From: the human T2T-CHM13v2.0 reference genome, Homo sapiens
Assembly: GCF_009914755.1 (NCBI RefSeq)
Contig: NC_060931.1
Reading direction: 5' to 3' (one strand)
DNA: 64,000 bases
Translations under genes and position numbers: made by a program
Shown: piece after piece, positions 26,130 to 38,300 of the stretch
How positions within the stretch are numbered: the first letter of the stretch is position 1
How the letters are laid out: each line of letters starts with the position of its first letter
Notes under the pieces: generated by a model
Seen by the model: the letters and a program-made list of their open reading frames with translations, nothing else
What the model was told of the DNA's origin: nothing
The model's database searches: none

Positions 26130-26945
26130 TAGAAAATCACAAGTAACTAAATAAAAAAATAAATAAATTTGACTTTATCACAAGTAAAAACTTCTGTGCA
26201 TCAAAGGACAATATCAAATATGTGAAAAGACAGTCCACATTGAAAAATTTTGAAATCATATGTCTGATAAAGGTCTAGTATCTAGAACATACAAAGAACT
26301 CTTGGAAGCCAACAATACAAAAGGCAAATAACCTACTTTTAAAAAGGGCAAAGAATATGGGTAGGTATTTTTCCAAAAAACCTCAAAACAATTGACCAAT
26401 AAGCACGTGAAAAGACGCTCAACATCATTAATCATTAGGGAAGTGCAAATCAAAACCACTATGAGATACTAATTCACACTCATTATGATGGCTATTTAAA
26501 AAAAAGGAAAATGGTGAGGATGTAGAGAAAATGGAACTATAATACATAACTAGTGGGAATGTAAAATGACACAGCCCCTGTGGAGAACAATTTGGCAATT
26601 CCTTGAAAAGTTAAATATAGAATTTCCATATGACCCCGCAATTCCACTCCTAGGTATACACCTAAGAGCACTGAAAACATGCTCATGCAAAAACCTGTAC
26701 ACAAATGTTCCTAGCAGAATTATTCGTAATAGCCAAAGAGTGAAAACACCACCAATGTCCATAAATTGATACATGAATAGACAAAGTGTAGTATGTCTAT
26801 ACAATGGAATATTATACAGCCAGAAAAAGGAATGCATAGGTGAACCTTGAAAATTTTATGCTAAGTGGCAACAGCCAGACACAAAAGGCCACATATTCCA
26901 TTTGTATGATATGTTCAGAATAGTCAAATCCATAGAGACAGAAAA
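26130..26945 (+). mobile_element. L1MB-type fragment (end of ORF2 and 3'UTR)
   Basis: 'caaatcaaaaccactatgagatac' and 'gaccccgcaattccactcctaggtata'. The ORF track gives the L1 ORF2 C-terminal motif PYDPAIPLLGI. Confidence 0.88.
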
Positions 26946-27620
26946 ATTATTTCATTGACACATAAATGAGGGATATGAAATCTATTCACAATAGGAACTC
27001 ATGGTAGGTATCATTTATATAGCTGAGAAAGCTCTCAGGCAATCACACACAGGAAAATGTGTCAAAAATATCTGCAGAAAATGTTATGTGAATGTCTTCA
27101 TACATCCATTATATCCTTATTCCTCCCTCTGTTCCAAATTTGAGCTTTACTGAATAGAGTGTGAGCACCTGCAGGCAGGGGCTAAATCTTATTTATCTTT
27201 GCATTCTCAGTGCTGAACATAATAGGCACACAATAAATTTGTTCTATAATGGGATGAAGAGATCAAAGCAAAGAGTAATGGCCCTCAGTAATGGCTCCTG
27301 ACAATAAGAAAGCCCTTGTAGTTAGGAAATATTCTTAAATCCCTCAAATGCTTATTTAAGATACAGAGAGTGAAGTATTACCTTATGTAGGAATGTTCAG
27401 TGACCAAAATGGGAAAATTACAAATATCTGTTGCTTTAAATTCTTTAATTTTTGGCAAATTGAATATTATGCACTTTTTGTATTTTTATTATAAATAATT
27501 TGTTTCAGTACTATGACTTATTTCAGTATAAATGAAATAAGTTGAGGAGGGTTATTTAAAATGGTAAACATTTAACCATCTAATGGTTAATTAAAATGAG
27601 GAATTCAAGTTTGAACATAA

Positions 27621-27974
<354 letters not shown>

Positions 27975-30199
27975 TGAAAACATATTTGCTTACAGATAAT
28001 TCTATTGTAATATTTTAATCCTCCAATATGTGCTTATAAGGAAATTACAAAATAACAATACATCATTTTAATTTTATCTTTACTAAAAGTAATGTAGAGA
28101 TTAAGGCCTTCTGCTTCTCTGTCAAAAAATAAAAAAGATCAAACAATACCGGCTGTGATAAGCATACAACTTGTGATTATATTGTGCTAATAGGTCCAAG
28201 GATCTATGGAGATAAAATCTGATTAATATATTTATCATCTTTTTATGTTTGTTTTATAAAAGAGGATTCATGTTTCTATTTCATAAAGAGACATTTAACT
28301 TCTTCATCGGGTCATTCTAAAGTTACCTTTAAAACCTAAGAAGCACCTTCTACCTCTTAACCAAAGAAAAGTCAAATATACGCAGAATACAGAGGGATAC
28401 AGAACCAGCTAAGTGTCGCAAAGTCACAAGCCTTCTTTCCCCCAGGAAAATAAAGATCAGAATGCTATGCTAGAGTACATGTTCAGGTTTTTGAAAGGGA
28501 TGTAAGGATATGCAGGTAATGAGCAAGGCCTCATTTCTTTTCTGCATATATATTAGCATGGATTTTAGCCTATTTATATAAAAAAGTCAGAAATATAAAG
28601 CAGAGGAGTTTTTACTGGAACTATGATGACTCCATGTTTCGTATTTGATTTTCTCTGCTGTTCACATATGTTTTCTTGATTCCTTGAGAATTGTCTTTTT
28701 AAAAAATTTGTGAGTGTATCATTTACATGAACTAAATGACCAACACTACTTGCCCTGCCTAATAAGGAGTAATCTCTGATTCACTCAGGATACGTGGAGG
28801 CCTTAAAGTTTGGGAGTCCTTAATTGCGTTTGTGGCTATATCTTGCTATTTGGCACCTGAGTGTGTTTATCACACTGTCTTACGTATGGTAGGTGCTTAA
28901 CCAATCATGACTAGTTTTAGATATGTTTACTTGGTGTCCCAAATAGATTCTAAGTACCTTGAGTGCAGACATTATGTATTACATGTTTTTAGAGTATTTC
29001 ACAACCTTTAGCTTGGTGCTGAGCACATGGGAGGTGCCAGTTAGCCAAGGTAGTGTAGACCCTTCTTTTCATTCTTGTTATGAGAAGAGTATAGATGATA
29101 TTGGGACTCCTTAACTCCTTACCCATTTACCAAGACACATACACATGCGCACGTGTGCGTGTGCACACACAATCTGTATTTGATGAAGCAGATGCAGATT
29201 AATGGAGACACATTTGATCACAGGGAGTTTTATTTTTACTCTCTGTGTCATCAGCAGTTTTTGCATATTACCTCTAGAAAATGTTCAGAAAAGTTGTACT
29301 GGTAAATAGAATTCCAATTCTTTGTGATGGAAAAAGTACTTGAGCAATAGCGAGCCTATGGAGACAGCTAAATCAGCTGGCAGGGCCCTCTCTCCATTCT
29401 CCCCTCTACGGATCAGCAGTCCTTGGTATTCAGAAAGTAGATTGTAAGCAAATATTTTTTTCTAGTGAGGCTGGAAGATTTACTGTGTAGTATTTTACAG
29501 AAAATATAAAGTCTTTGATAAAATGTAAAAGTCAGTTGTTGAGATAAAATATGACTACAATGAAGACCACTATAAATTTGAGTAGATTTTTCAAAGTAGC
29601 ATTATAATTAAGACCTAATTTCTCTCTCCTAGCAGTGTAGAAGGTGGAGAGGAAAGAGTATTATGTGACAGGTAAGGAAACGGAGGCAGATAAAGTCTAC
29701 ATGATTTACTATTGATTGGGAGCCAGAAGCCAGAACTCAGGATTCCTGGCTAAATCAATCAAAAAATTATTAATGACTTCTACTACTTATAAGATATTAT
29801 ACTAAAACTTTCTTTTTGAGATAACTGTAGAAGAGTTAAAAAGACAATATATAAAGATGTGGTAAGTTAAATTACAACAGAAGCATTATAGATTTCCAAA
29901 GTAAATGATACCTATACCAAAGGGGGAAAAAAGAACAGAAAAAAGACACCTCAGGAGATTGTTTTGGGCTGTGGTGTTTTGTAGATAGTAATTTCCCACT
30001 CTAAGTTTTTTCTCCTTCCATATTGAACACTGGGACTGGAAGATAAAACCATATTGATTTTCTGTCCTTCACCATCTTGCCCAAACTTCTGTTTTTTAAT
30101 CTTTCTTTTAGATATTGGAGGAAAACGTTTGTTGTTTCTCATCTAGAGTTAATCCCTTTTCTTACGTTCCATGGCTCCTCATTGCCCATTTATTCTATG

Positions 30200-30345
30200 C
30201 CCTTACTCCTCAGAGTGCAATCTGTGAGCCAGCAGCAGCAGCATCCCTGGGGAGCTTGTTAGAAAGGCAGGATCTCAGTCCTCACCACAGCTCTAGAGAG
30301 GAGAATCTGCATTTTAACAAGACACATTCCAGTGGGAGACCTGCT
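30200..30345. mobile_element. MER5A fragment
   Basis: 'cagcagcatccctggggagcttgttagaaaggcaggatctcag...aatctgcattttaacaaga'. Confidence 0.75.
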
Positions 30346-30660
30346 GATCTCGGCCATTCTTTCAAAAATCAGCCCCTCCATTTCTAGCACCATTAGTCTC
30401 TCTTTTTCCCTCACTATCTCCTTTTCCCTTCTTGAACAATCCAGGGGTCTTTATTAAGAAACAAACCAAGAAACATCCCTCCCTACTCCCCATCTCCAAT
30501 GACTGATATCCCTTTCAGCTTTCAGAGCACCTCACTTCTGTTTCTGTGGTTACCACGTTCCTGGAATGAATTTTATGCCCCTGCTCTCTTTATTTTTAAT
30601 TCAGTCAGTTTCTTCTTAAAACTTGGAAACTTTCACTCTGAAGCAGTTTGAACACATAGG

Positions 30661-31345
30661 CCACATGAACTCACACACGTGCACGTAGAGGCACACACAT
30701 GGGTGCACCCACATGCACACACACACGTGCACGTAGAGGCACACACATGGGTGCACCCACATGCACACACACACGTGCACGTGGAGGCACACACATGGGT
30801 GCACCCACATGCACACACACACGTGCACGTGGAGGCACACACATGGGTGCACCCACATGCACACACACACGTGCACGTGGAGGCACACACATGGGTGCAC
30901 CCACATGCACACACACACGTGCACGTGGAGGCACACACATGGGTGCACCCACATGCACACACACACGTGCACGTGGAGGCACACACATGGGTGCACCCAC
31001 ATGCACACACACACGTGCACGTGGAGGCACACACATGGGTGCACCCACATGCACACACACACGTGCACGTGGAGGCACACACATGGGTGCACCCACATGC
31101 ACACACGTGCAGGTAGAGGCACACACATGGGTGCACCCACATGCACACACACACGTGCACGTGGAGGCACACACATGGGTGCACCCACATGCACACACAC
31201 ACGTGCACGTGGAGGTACACACATGGGTGCACCCACATGCACACACACACGTGCATGTAGAGGCACACACATGGGTGCACCCACATGCACACACACACGT
31301 GCACGTGGAGGCACACACATGGGTGCACCCACATGCACACACACA
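30661..31345. repeat. 48-bp minisatellite, 14.3 copies
   Basis: Unit CCACATGCACACACACACGTGCACGTGGAGGCACACACATGGGTGCAC, starting at 30661 with a 48-bp period. Unit 10 (31093) is 44 bp. Confidence 0.99.
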
Positions 31346-31956
31346 GATGCAGATGATTAACTCTGATGAGGTTAGATCAACTTTTAAAATGACCATAGTT
31401 CCTATACTGATGGGAACATTAATTATCTGAGCCACATTTGGTTCCTGATGATTTTGGTGTGCCCACTCCTATCATGAATCTATTCAGGATCATCTACTTG
31501 TCTGTGATCCTGCTTAGGTGGCTGGACTGACCTACACCAGGCCAAATTTACTGAATGCCCCTGCGGTACAACTGTCCCAATCTTGAAAGGGAAATCTTGT
31601 ATCTCTGCATAAATATCCCAGCAGTATACACAGATGCAGGTTCACGAAAGTGAAACAAAATGAGACCTTGTACTTAAGGCCTATCTAAGTTAGGTTTTCT
31701 TCCTGAATCCTTCTGCTGGGTAAGTCCTAGACGACAGAGGTCCATCTGTAGTCTTGTGTTAGACGTGAAGAAAAGGAGGAGGTTGCCAATAGATTCCCCA
31801 CCATCAAGTGTCATAGGAAAAAGCTTATACCAATGAGGAACCAAAAAATAAAAACAATCTTCTTCTTAATTCCAATGACTTTCTGAAGTCATTTCATACA
31901 ACAAGGTTGGAAGGTTGAGATGTTTTAAAATTTACTGGGTACCATCACCCACTCAC

Positions 31957-32022
31957 CTTCTACGGGTTTTGAGCAATCTGCTCACTAGTGATTGGATGTT
32001 GTGTTATTCATCAGGCCTGGCT
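31957..32022 (-). other. Candidate non-coding exon, 66 nt
   Basis: ~30-nt pyrimidine tract plus AG, and a consensus donor AAG|GTGAGT. All three frames contain stops. Confidence 0.35.
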
Positions 32023-33369
32023 CTTATGAAGAAAAATGAAGAGCATAAAAGAAAAGAACCACCACAGTGAAAATGGGGCTGTGCTGAAAGGTTAATGTGC
32101 TCTTCAGCCTAGGACTTCAGACAGAACACGGAGCGGCCACACAATCTGTTTATCTGATGCATGCAGACAGTACTGTCATGCTTCACCTTTGGAAATGGGC
32201 CATTACTTCTGGTGACAGATTATGAATTGTGGAATATGGCTGGCACGTGGCCAGACAATGGAGAGTTCATAAATCAGACTCAAAATGGAAATACCTGAGT
32301 AAAATTCTTGAGTTATTTGAGGGGTTGGAAAAGGATATGTAATGAGAGAATTCGTTAAACCCATGTGCGTGGATGTGTAGGTGGGCACGCTGTGTATGTG
32401 TATGTGTGTATGGGGCAGGTGTTGATTTTTAAAAGTCCTTTGTTAAGGTTCTACAAAGAAGTATTTTTTGTTTTGTTATTTTCTGGTTGGCTGAAGAATT
32501 TTGCTTCAGCATGGAATAGAGTGGTAGTTGGGGATCAGGGTAAAGGATGGTTGGGATAAAGATTTTGGTTTTTAACAGGAAATTGGTTTGAGCCTTCCAA
32601 AAAAAAGAGAGAATCAATCAACTCTGAACAAAAGGAGTAAATAGTTGGTCTACAGGGATTAATGTTTCTTTATTTTACAAATAATCTGAAAAACAGGCCC
32701 ATAGATCTGGAAAACAGCCACAACTGCGTAGATAATACTACACAAATTGGTAAACGGATGAGAGTAAATTAAAATACAGGTTTATAAGCATGTGAAAATA
32801 GCCAGAAAAATATCAACTAAAATAAAGTGTTGATGCATAAATGCCCTTGAGGAAAAATAACCTAAACTCCTTGTAAGAAGACGGGCTCTAAAGTTTTGTT
32901 TTGTGATGAAGGAATGAAACCTAAAAGTGATTTTTAAAACTACTATCTGAAAATATGCTCCAATGTGTCCCCAAAGACCAGCACAGGTAGGTAATCCTCT
33001 AGAAAGGTACTAGTAACACACAAAAGGTAGGATTCCAATATTGGCAACTCATGCTAGGTTGATTAAGTGCTTATGACCAAGGAGTTGAGAGTGGTTGTTT
33101 AGTTTTCCTCGTACTCAACCTCAGACAACAGCCATCAGGCTGAGGGTAATTCTTCATCAGGATAGGACCACAAGAGCTTGTTCTTTCTTGAGAAGAAAAA
33201 CAAGGATAGGTAAATATATAGATCATTACTATAATGTCACCAGCAAATTTTTAAGTAGTTCTATTTGAAAAAAAATCACTATTTAGGCATTTAAAAAATG
33301 TAATATATAATACCATGTACAAAAAGTAGAGAAAACTTTTATAAGAATAAAAGCTATAATCAAGTCTTT

Positions 33370-33443
33370 TAGTACCATCTCTAATAATATACTTAGTACC
33401 ACCTCTAATATTATACTTTGTACCATCTCTAATAATATATACT
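33370..33443. repeat. 24-bp tandem repeat x3
   Basis: TAGTACCATCTCTAATAATATACT-like units at 33370, 33394 and 33418. Confidence 0.9.
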
Positions 33444-34154
33444 CTGTTTATCTAAAGGCTACCTCATGGATTTTTAGAGTTCTGATAAATGTATCAATTA
33501 TTTTCAGCTACGAAGTACTATCCTTTTTTTTTTTTTTTTCTGTTTATTACGAATATCAACGACTTAAGTTCTCTGGCCAAATTAGTTTCTCCAGTGTGGA
33601 ACTAACTTCTATAGAAACCCTCTAGTCTTTTTGTACAGTTGTGACATTGACTAACATTTTTACATCAGTGGCCAGACTAATCCTCAGGCCTGGAGTCCCA
33701 CATTTTAGGCCACCAGCAAACTCCCTGTCAGGTGCTGCCTTTGCTTGTTGCTGGCAGGAGAGTCCAGTGCAACCGGTAGGAAAAGATCCTTCATTAGCAG
33801 GTGCTAAAATGACGGGAAGCCCCTTACAGAGATAACACATCCTACCTTTCTGCTTTCTTTTTCTGCTTAAAATGTGCCTTCAATCTTCCTTTTAAATGGA
33901 TTTCCTCAGTTTAGAGATGTGTAATACGAAGGCATGCATCTTACCTATGTGGCTTCTGATCCCTCTGGGCACCTGTGTCTGGATACAGACCTGTGCCCAC
34001 CTGCATCCCAACCCCTGACGAGGCACATCTCTGCTGGTGGGGGCCTGTGTCAACCCTGAACAGCTCCCCAAGGAAGCTGCTTTTCTGGGTGTCTGTCTAG
34101 CCAGCTAACCTATCATGTTCATTTTTCTGGCCCTTAGTTAAAAATGCTCTATTA

Positions 34155-34470
34155 GGCAGGGCACAGTAAGTCACACCTGTAATCCCAGAACTTTAGGAGA
34201 CAGGCAGGTGGATCACTTGAAACCAGGAGTTCGAGACCAGCCTGGCCAACATGGCAAAACCCTGTCTCTACTAAAAATACAAAAAATTAGGCGTGGTGGC
34301 ACCTGCCTGTAATCCCAGCTACTTGGAAGACAGAGGCACCAGAATTGCTTGAACTCAGGAAGTGGAGGTTTCAGTGAGCCAAGATCACACCACCGTACTC
34401 CAGCCTGGGTAGCAGAGTGAAACTCTGTCTCAAACAAAACAAAACAAAACAAAACAAAACAAAAAAACAA
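34155..34470 (+). mobile_element. Diverged AluS with an (AAAAC)n tail
   Basis: Dimeric Alu; degenerate TSD aaaaatgctctatta / aaaactgctttatta. Confidence 0.92.
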
Positions 34471-34752
34471 AACTGCTTTATTATCCAAGTGTTAAAAAAA
34501 GGTATAGGCTTTCTTTGTCAAGATACTTTCTCGAAGTCAAAGTCTTTTATCAGTCTTCTACTGTTTTTCAGTAGGGTCCCGGTTTATTCCTCTGTCAGGA
34601 GCAATATACATTCCAGTATCACACACACCAAAACTTTAAATACGTTGGTCAATTTTAGGTTATATACATTATCTATGTGAAGTGAATAATGTGCATTTTT
34701 TCTATGTTTCATTGCACCTGGTACAAGTTTAAAGCATAATAATACATTTCCA

Positions 34753-35129
<377 letters not shown>

Positions 35130-35729
35130 TCATTCTGATATTATTTCACTATTTCCTTCTAACATGTCTCCAAAAGAAATTACTGCCAGACATGTGTCTT
35201 AGAGAAATAGTGATTCAATAATTATCAGTAAATTGCCAGATAATCTTTAAACTAGCCAGGAGTATTACAAGCAATATTTATGCTAAAAATCAATTTCCCT
35301 ACCTCAGAAGAATAATTGTATTTTAAGGTTTCTGATGGAAACCAGTCTTTGAACATCCAAGCATTAGACCCAGTTCCTTACCCTCTGCATAAGGCATCCT
35401 GTTAGGGGCTCTAAAGAAAATCCTCAAGAGGTATGAAATTTATATAGAAGGTGACACAAGCTTAACTTCATAGTAAGTTTAACTGCATTCAATAAGTAAT
35501 TCAATATAAATATATAAAGAATGGTAGGAGTTAGCATGCTTTCCAAATGAATTATAGAAAGAATAATTGCTACAAAATTTACTACACTGGCACTGTATAG
35601 AAAAGTTGGATGTAGAAAGAGAGATAAAAGTTGCCTTTCAAATAAATGGGTAGCCTTTGATTAAGAAGTAAGGAGGAAAGCATTTTGAGTACAAAAGCTC
35701 CATTTGTTAATTCCTCTAAATCTTCAACA

Positions 35730-36762
35730 AACAGAGTACAAAGACAGAGAAAATGCTCTTCAATTACTTTTTTTGATGTGAGCTAATACAGCATTAATAA
35801 CAAAGCCTGTAAAACCTGGTTATTTAAGATAACTTTAATAAATACGAAGTAACTGGTGATAAATTTGACAAAAGATGTGCAGGAGCTATAAACTAAGAAT
35901 TATAAAACATCGCTGAAAGAAATTAAGTCCCAGGGAAATGGAACAATATTGTGTTCATGGGCCAGAAGATTCAATATTGTGAAAAAGATCAAAACTAGAG
36001 GATTTACACTATCTGATGTCAAGACTTATTATAAAGCTACAGTAACCAAGACGCCGTGGTATTAGGATATGAATAGTCATACAACAATGGCACAGAAAGT
36101 CTAGAAATACACATACACATATATGAACAATTTTAACAAAAATTTCAAGGCAATTCGGTAGGCAAGGGAAAAAATTTCAACAAATGCTGTTGCAACTATA
36201 ATATATCCACATGCAAAAACATGGACTTCAAACCTTAACTCATCATTTATAAAAATAAATTCAAGATGTATCATGGATCTACATGTAAGAGCAAAAACTA
36301 TAACATTTCCAGAAGAAACATAAGAAAAAAAGGGCTGGCCACAGTGGCTCAAGCCTGTAATCTCAGCACTTTGAGAGGCTGAGGCAAGAGGATTGCTTGA
36401 GTCCAGAAGTTTGAGACCAGCTTGGGCAACACAGTGAGAACCCATCTCTTAAAAAAAAAAAAAAAAAAAGTAAAAATACATAAAAAAGGAATATACAAGA
36501 TGATGTTTTAGAGACCTTGTGTTAGACAAAGATTTCTGAAATAACACACAAAAAGCATGAATTATGAAAGAAGAAAGTCAGCAAATTAAATTTGATCAAA
36601 ATTGAAACCTTTTGCTCTTTAAAGGAAACTATTAAGAAAATGAAAAGGTAGCCTGGGAAAAATATTTGCAAAACATATTTTAAAAGGCACTTGTATCCAG
36701 AGTATATAAAGAACTCTTACAACTCATCAACAATCCAATAAAAATGGGCAAAATATTTGAAC
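35730..36762 (+). mobile_element. Old L1M ORF2 fragments
   Basis: 'caagacttattataaagctacagtaaccaagac' and 'aaaatgggcaaaatatttgaac'. Confidence 0.8.
36333..36469 (+). mobile_element. FLAM / Alu monomer inserted in L1
   Basis: Single Alu arm plus an A tail. Confidence 0.85.
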
Positions 36763-36973
36763 CATGGTTTTTCAACTATGCTATCAGAGACACTGGGGAT
36801 GGATAATTTTTTCATTGTGGGGAGGCTGTCCTGTGAACTGCAGGTTGTTTAGCAGCCTCCCAACATCCACCCAGAGATGCCAGTAGGATCTGAAGTAGTG
36901 ACATCAAAAAATGCCTTGAGATATTTGCCAAAGGTCCCATGGGAAGCAAAATTGCCTCAGATGAGAACTACTG
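36763..36973. mobile_element. MER20 hAT DNA transposon
   Basis: Full-length MER20-like text ('ggctgtcctgtgaactgcaggttgtttagcagc'); 8-bp TSD atttgaac / atttggat. Confidence 0.85.
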
Positions 36974-37139
36974 ATTTGGATAACATGTTAATCAGAGAGG
37001 AGGTACAGATGACAAACCTACAGAACCTATGATAATCAACTAGAAACTATGGAAAACAACACAGTTTGATAAAGTTATTTAATATGCAAATATTAGCAAG
37101 ATGAAAATGCAATACTGTTTTTATGCCTGTACTGTGCCG

Positions 37140-38300
37140 TTTAAATTACTAGAGCTTTGTAGTAAATGTTTTCAAATCAGTAATTGTGATGCCTCTAGCT
37201 TTGTTCTTTTTGCTCAACATTATTTTGGTTATTCAGGGTCTTTTGTGGTTCCATATGAATTTTAGGAATGTTTTTTCTATTTCTGTGGGAAAAAAAAGTC
37301 ATTGCATTTCGATAGGGACTGCATTGTTTCTGTAGATTGCTTTGGGTGGGATGGACCTTTTAGCAATATTAATTCTTCCAATACGTTAACATGAATATCT
37401 TTCCATTTATTTGTGTTGTATCCAATTTCTTTAATCAGTGTCTTATATTTTTCAGTGTATAGATCTTTCCTCCTTGGTTAAATTTGTTCCTAAATATTTT
37501 ATTATTTTTTTGTAGCTATTGTAAATGGGATTGTTTCCTTGATTTCTTTTTCAAACACTTTGTTATTAGGGTGCAGAAATGCTACTGATTTTCATATGTT
37601 GATTTTGTATCCTGCAACTTTACTGAATTCATTTATTTTAACAGTTTTTTGGAGGAGTTTTTATGTTTTCTATTTATAAAAAACATAAAACATTAAATTG
37701 TCTATACAGATGACATGGTCTTATAATGAGATCAATTTAATTTCAGAGACAATTTAATTTCTTCTCTTCTGATTTGGATGTCATTTATTTCATTCTCTTG
37801 CCTAACTACACTGGCTAGGACTTCCAGTACTATGCTGAACAGAAGTGTTAAGAGTGGGCAACCTTGTATTGTTCCTGATCTTAGAGGAAGCTTTTAGCTT
37901 TTCACCACTGAGTATGATGTTAGTTGTGGGTTTTTCATATATGGCCTTTATTGTGTTGAGGTACATACTTTCTATACCTAATTTGTTGAGAGTTTTTATA
38001 ATGAAAGGATGTCAAATTTTGTGAAATACCTTTTCTGCATCTATTGACAGGATTACATGGTTTTTGTCCTTCATTCTGTTAATGTGGCATATCATAATTA
38101 CTGATTTACTTAGCTTGAATTATCTTTGCATCCCAGGGATAGATCCCACTTGATCATGGTGAATAATCCTTTTAATGTGCTGGTGAAATCAGTTTGCTAT
38201 GTTTTTTCATGGAGGATTTTTGTATCTATGTTCATTGGTGATATTGGCCTGTAGTTTTCTTTTCTTGAAGTGTCCTTATCTGGCTTTGGTATCAATGTAT
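37140..38300 (-). mobile_element. L1MA/MB ORF2 fragment
   Basis: 'gttgattttgtatcctgcaactttactgaat', 'ctggctaggacttccagtactatgctgaa' and 'cccacttgatcatggtg'. Confidence 0.9.

Noticed and set aside
29821-29861. Plus-strand exon candidate ITVEELKRQYIKM with GTAAGT donor
   Set aside because: Isolated, with a weak GAG acceptor and no partner exons; expected by chance in 64 kb.
30661-31345. CRISPR-like palindromic array
   Set aside because: No unique spacers, units are head-to-tail, and the context is mammalian.
30616-31435. Six long Cys-rich or His-rich ORFs (metallothionein-like appearance)
   Set aside because: A by-product of a stop-free 48-bp CA/TG repeat, open on both strands, with no supporting gene structure.
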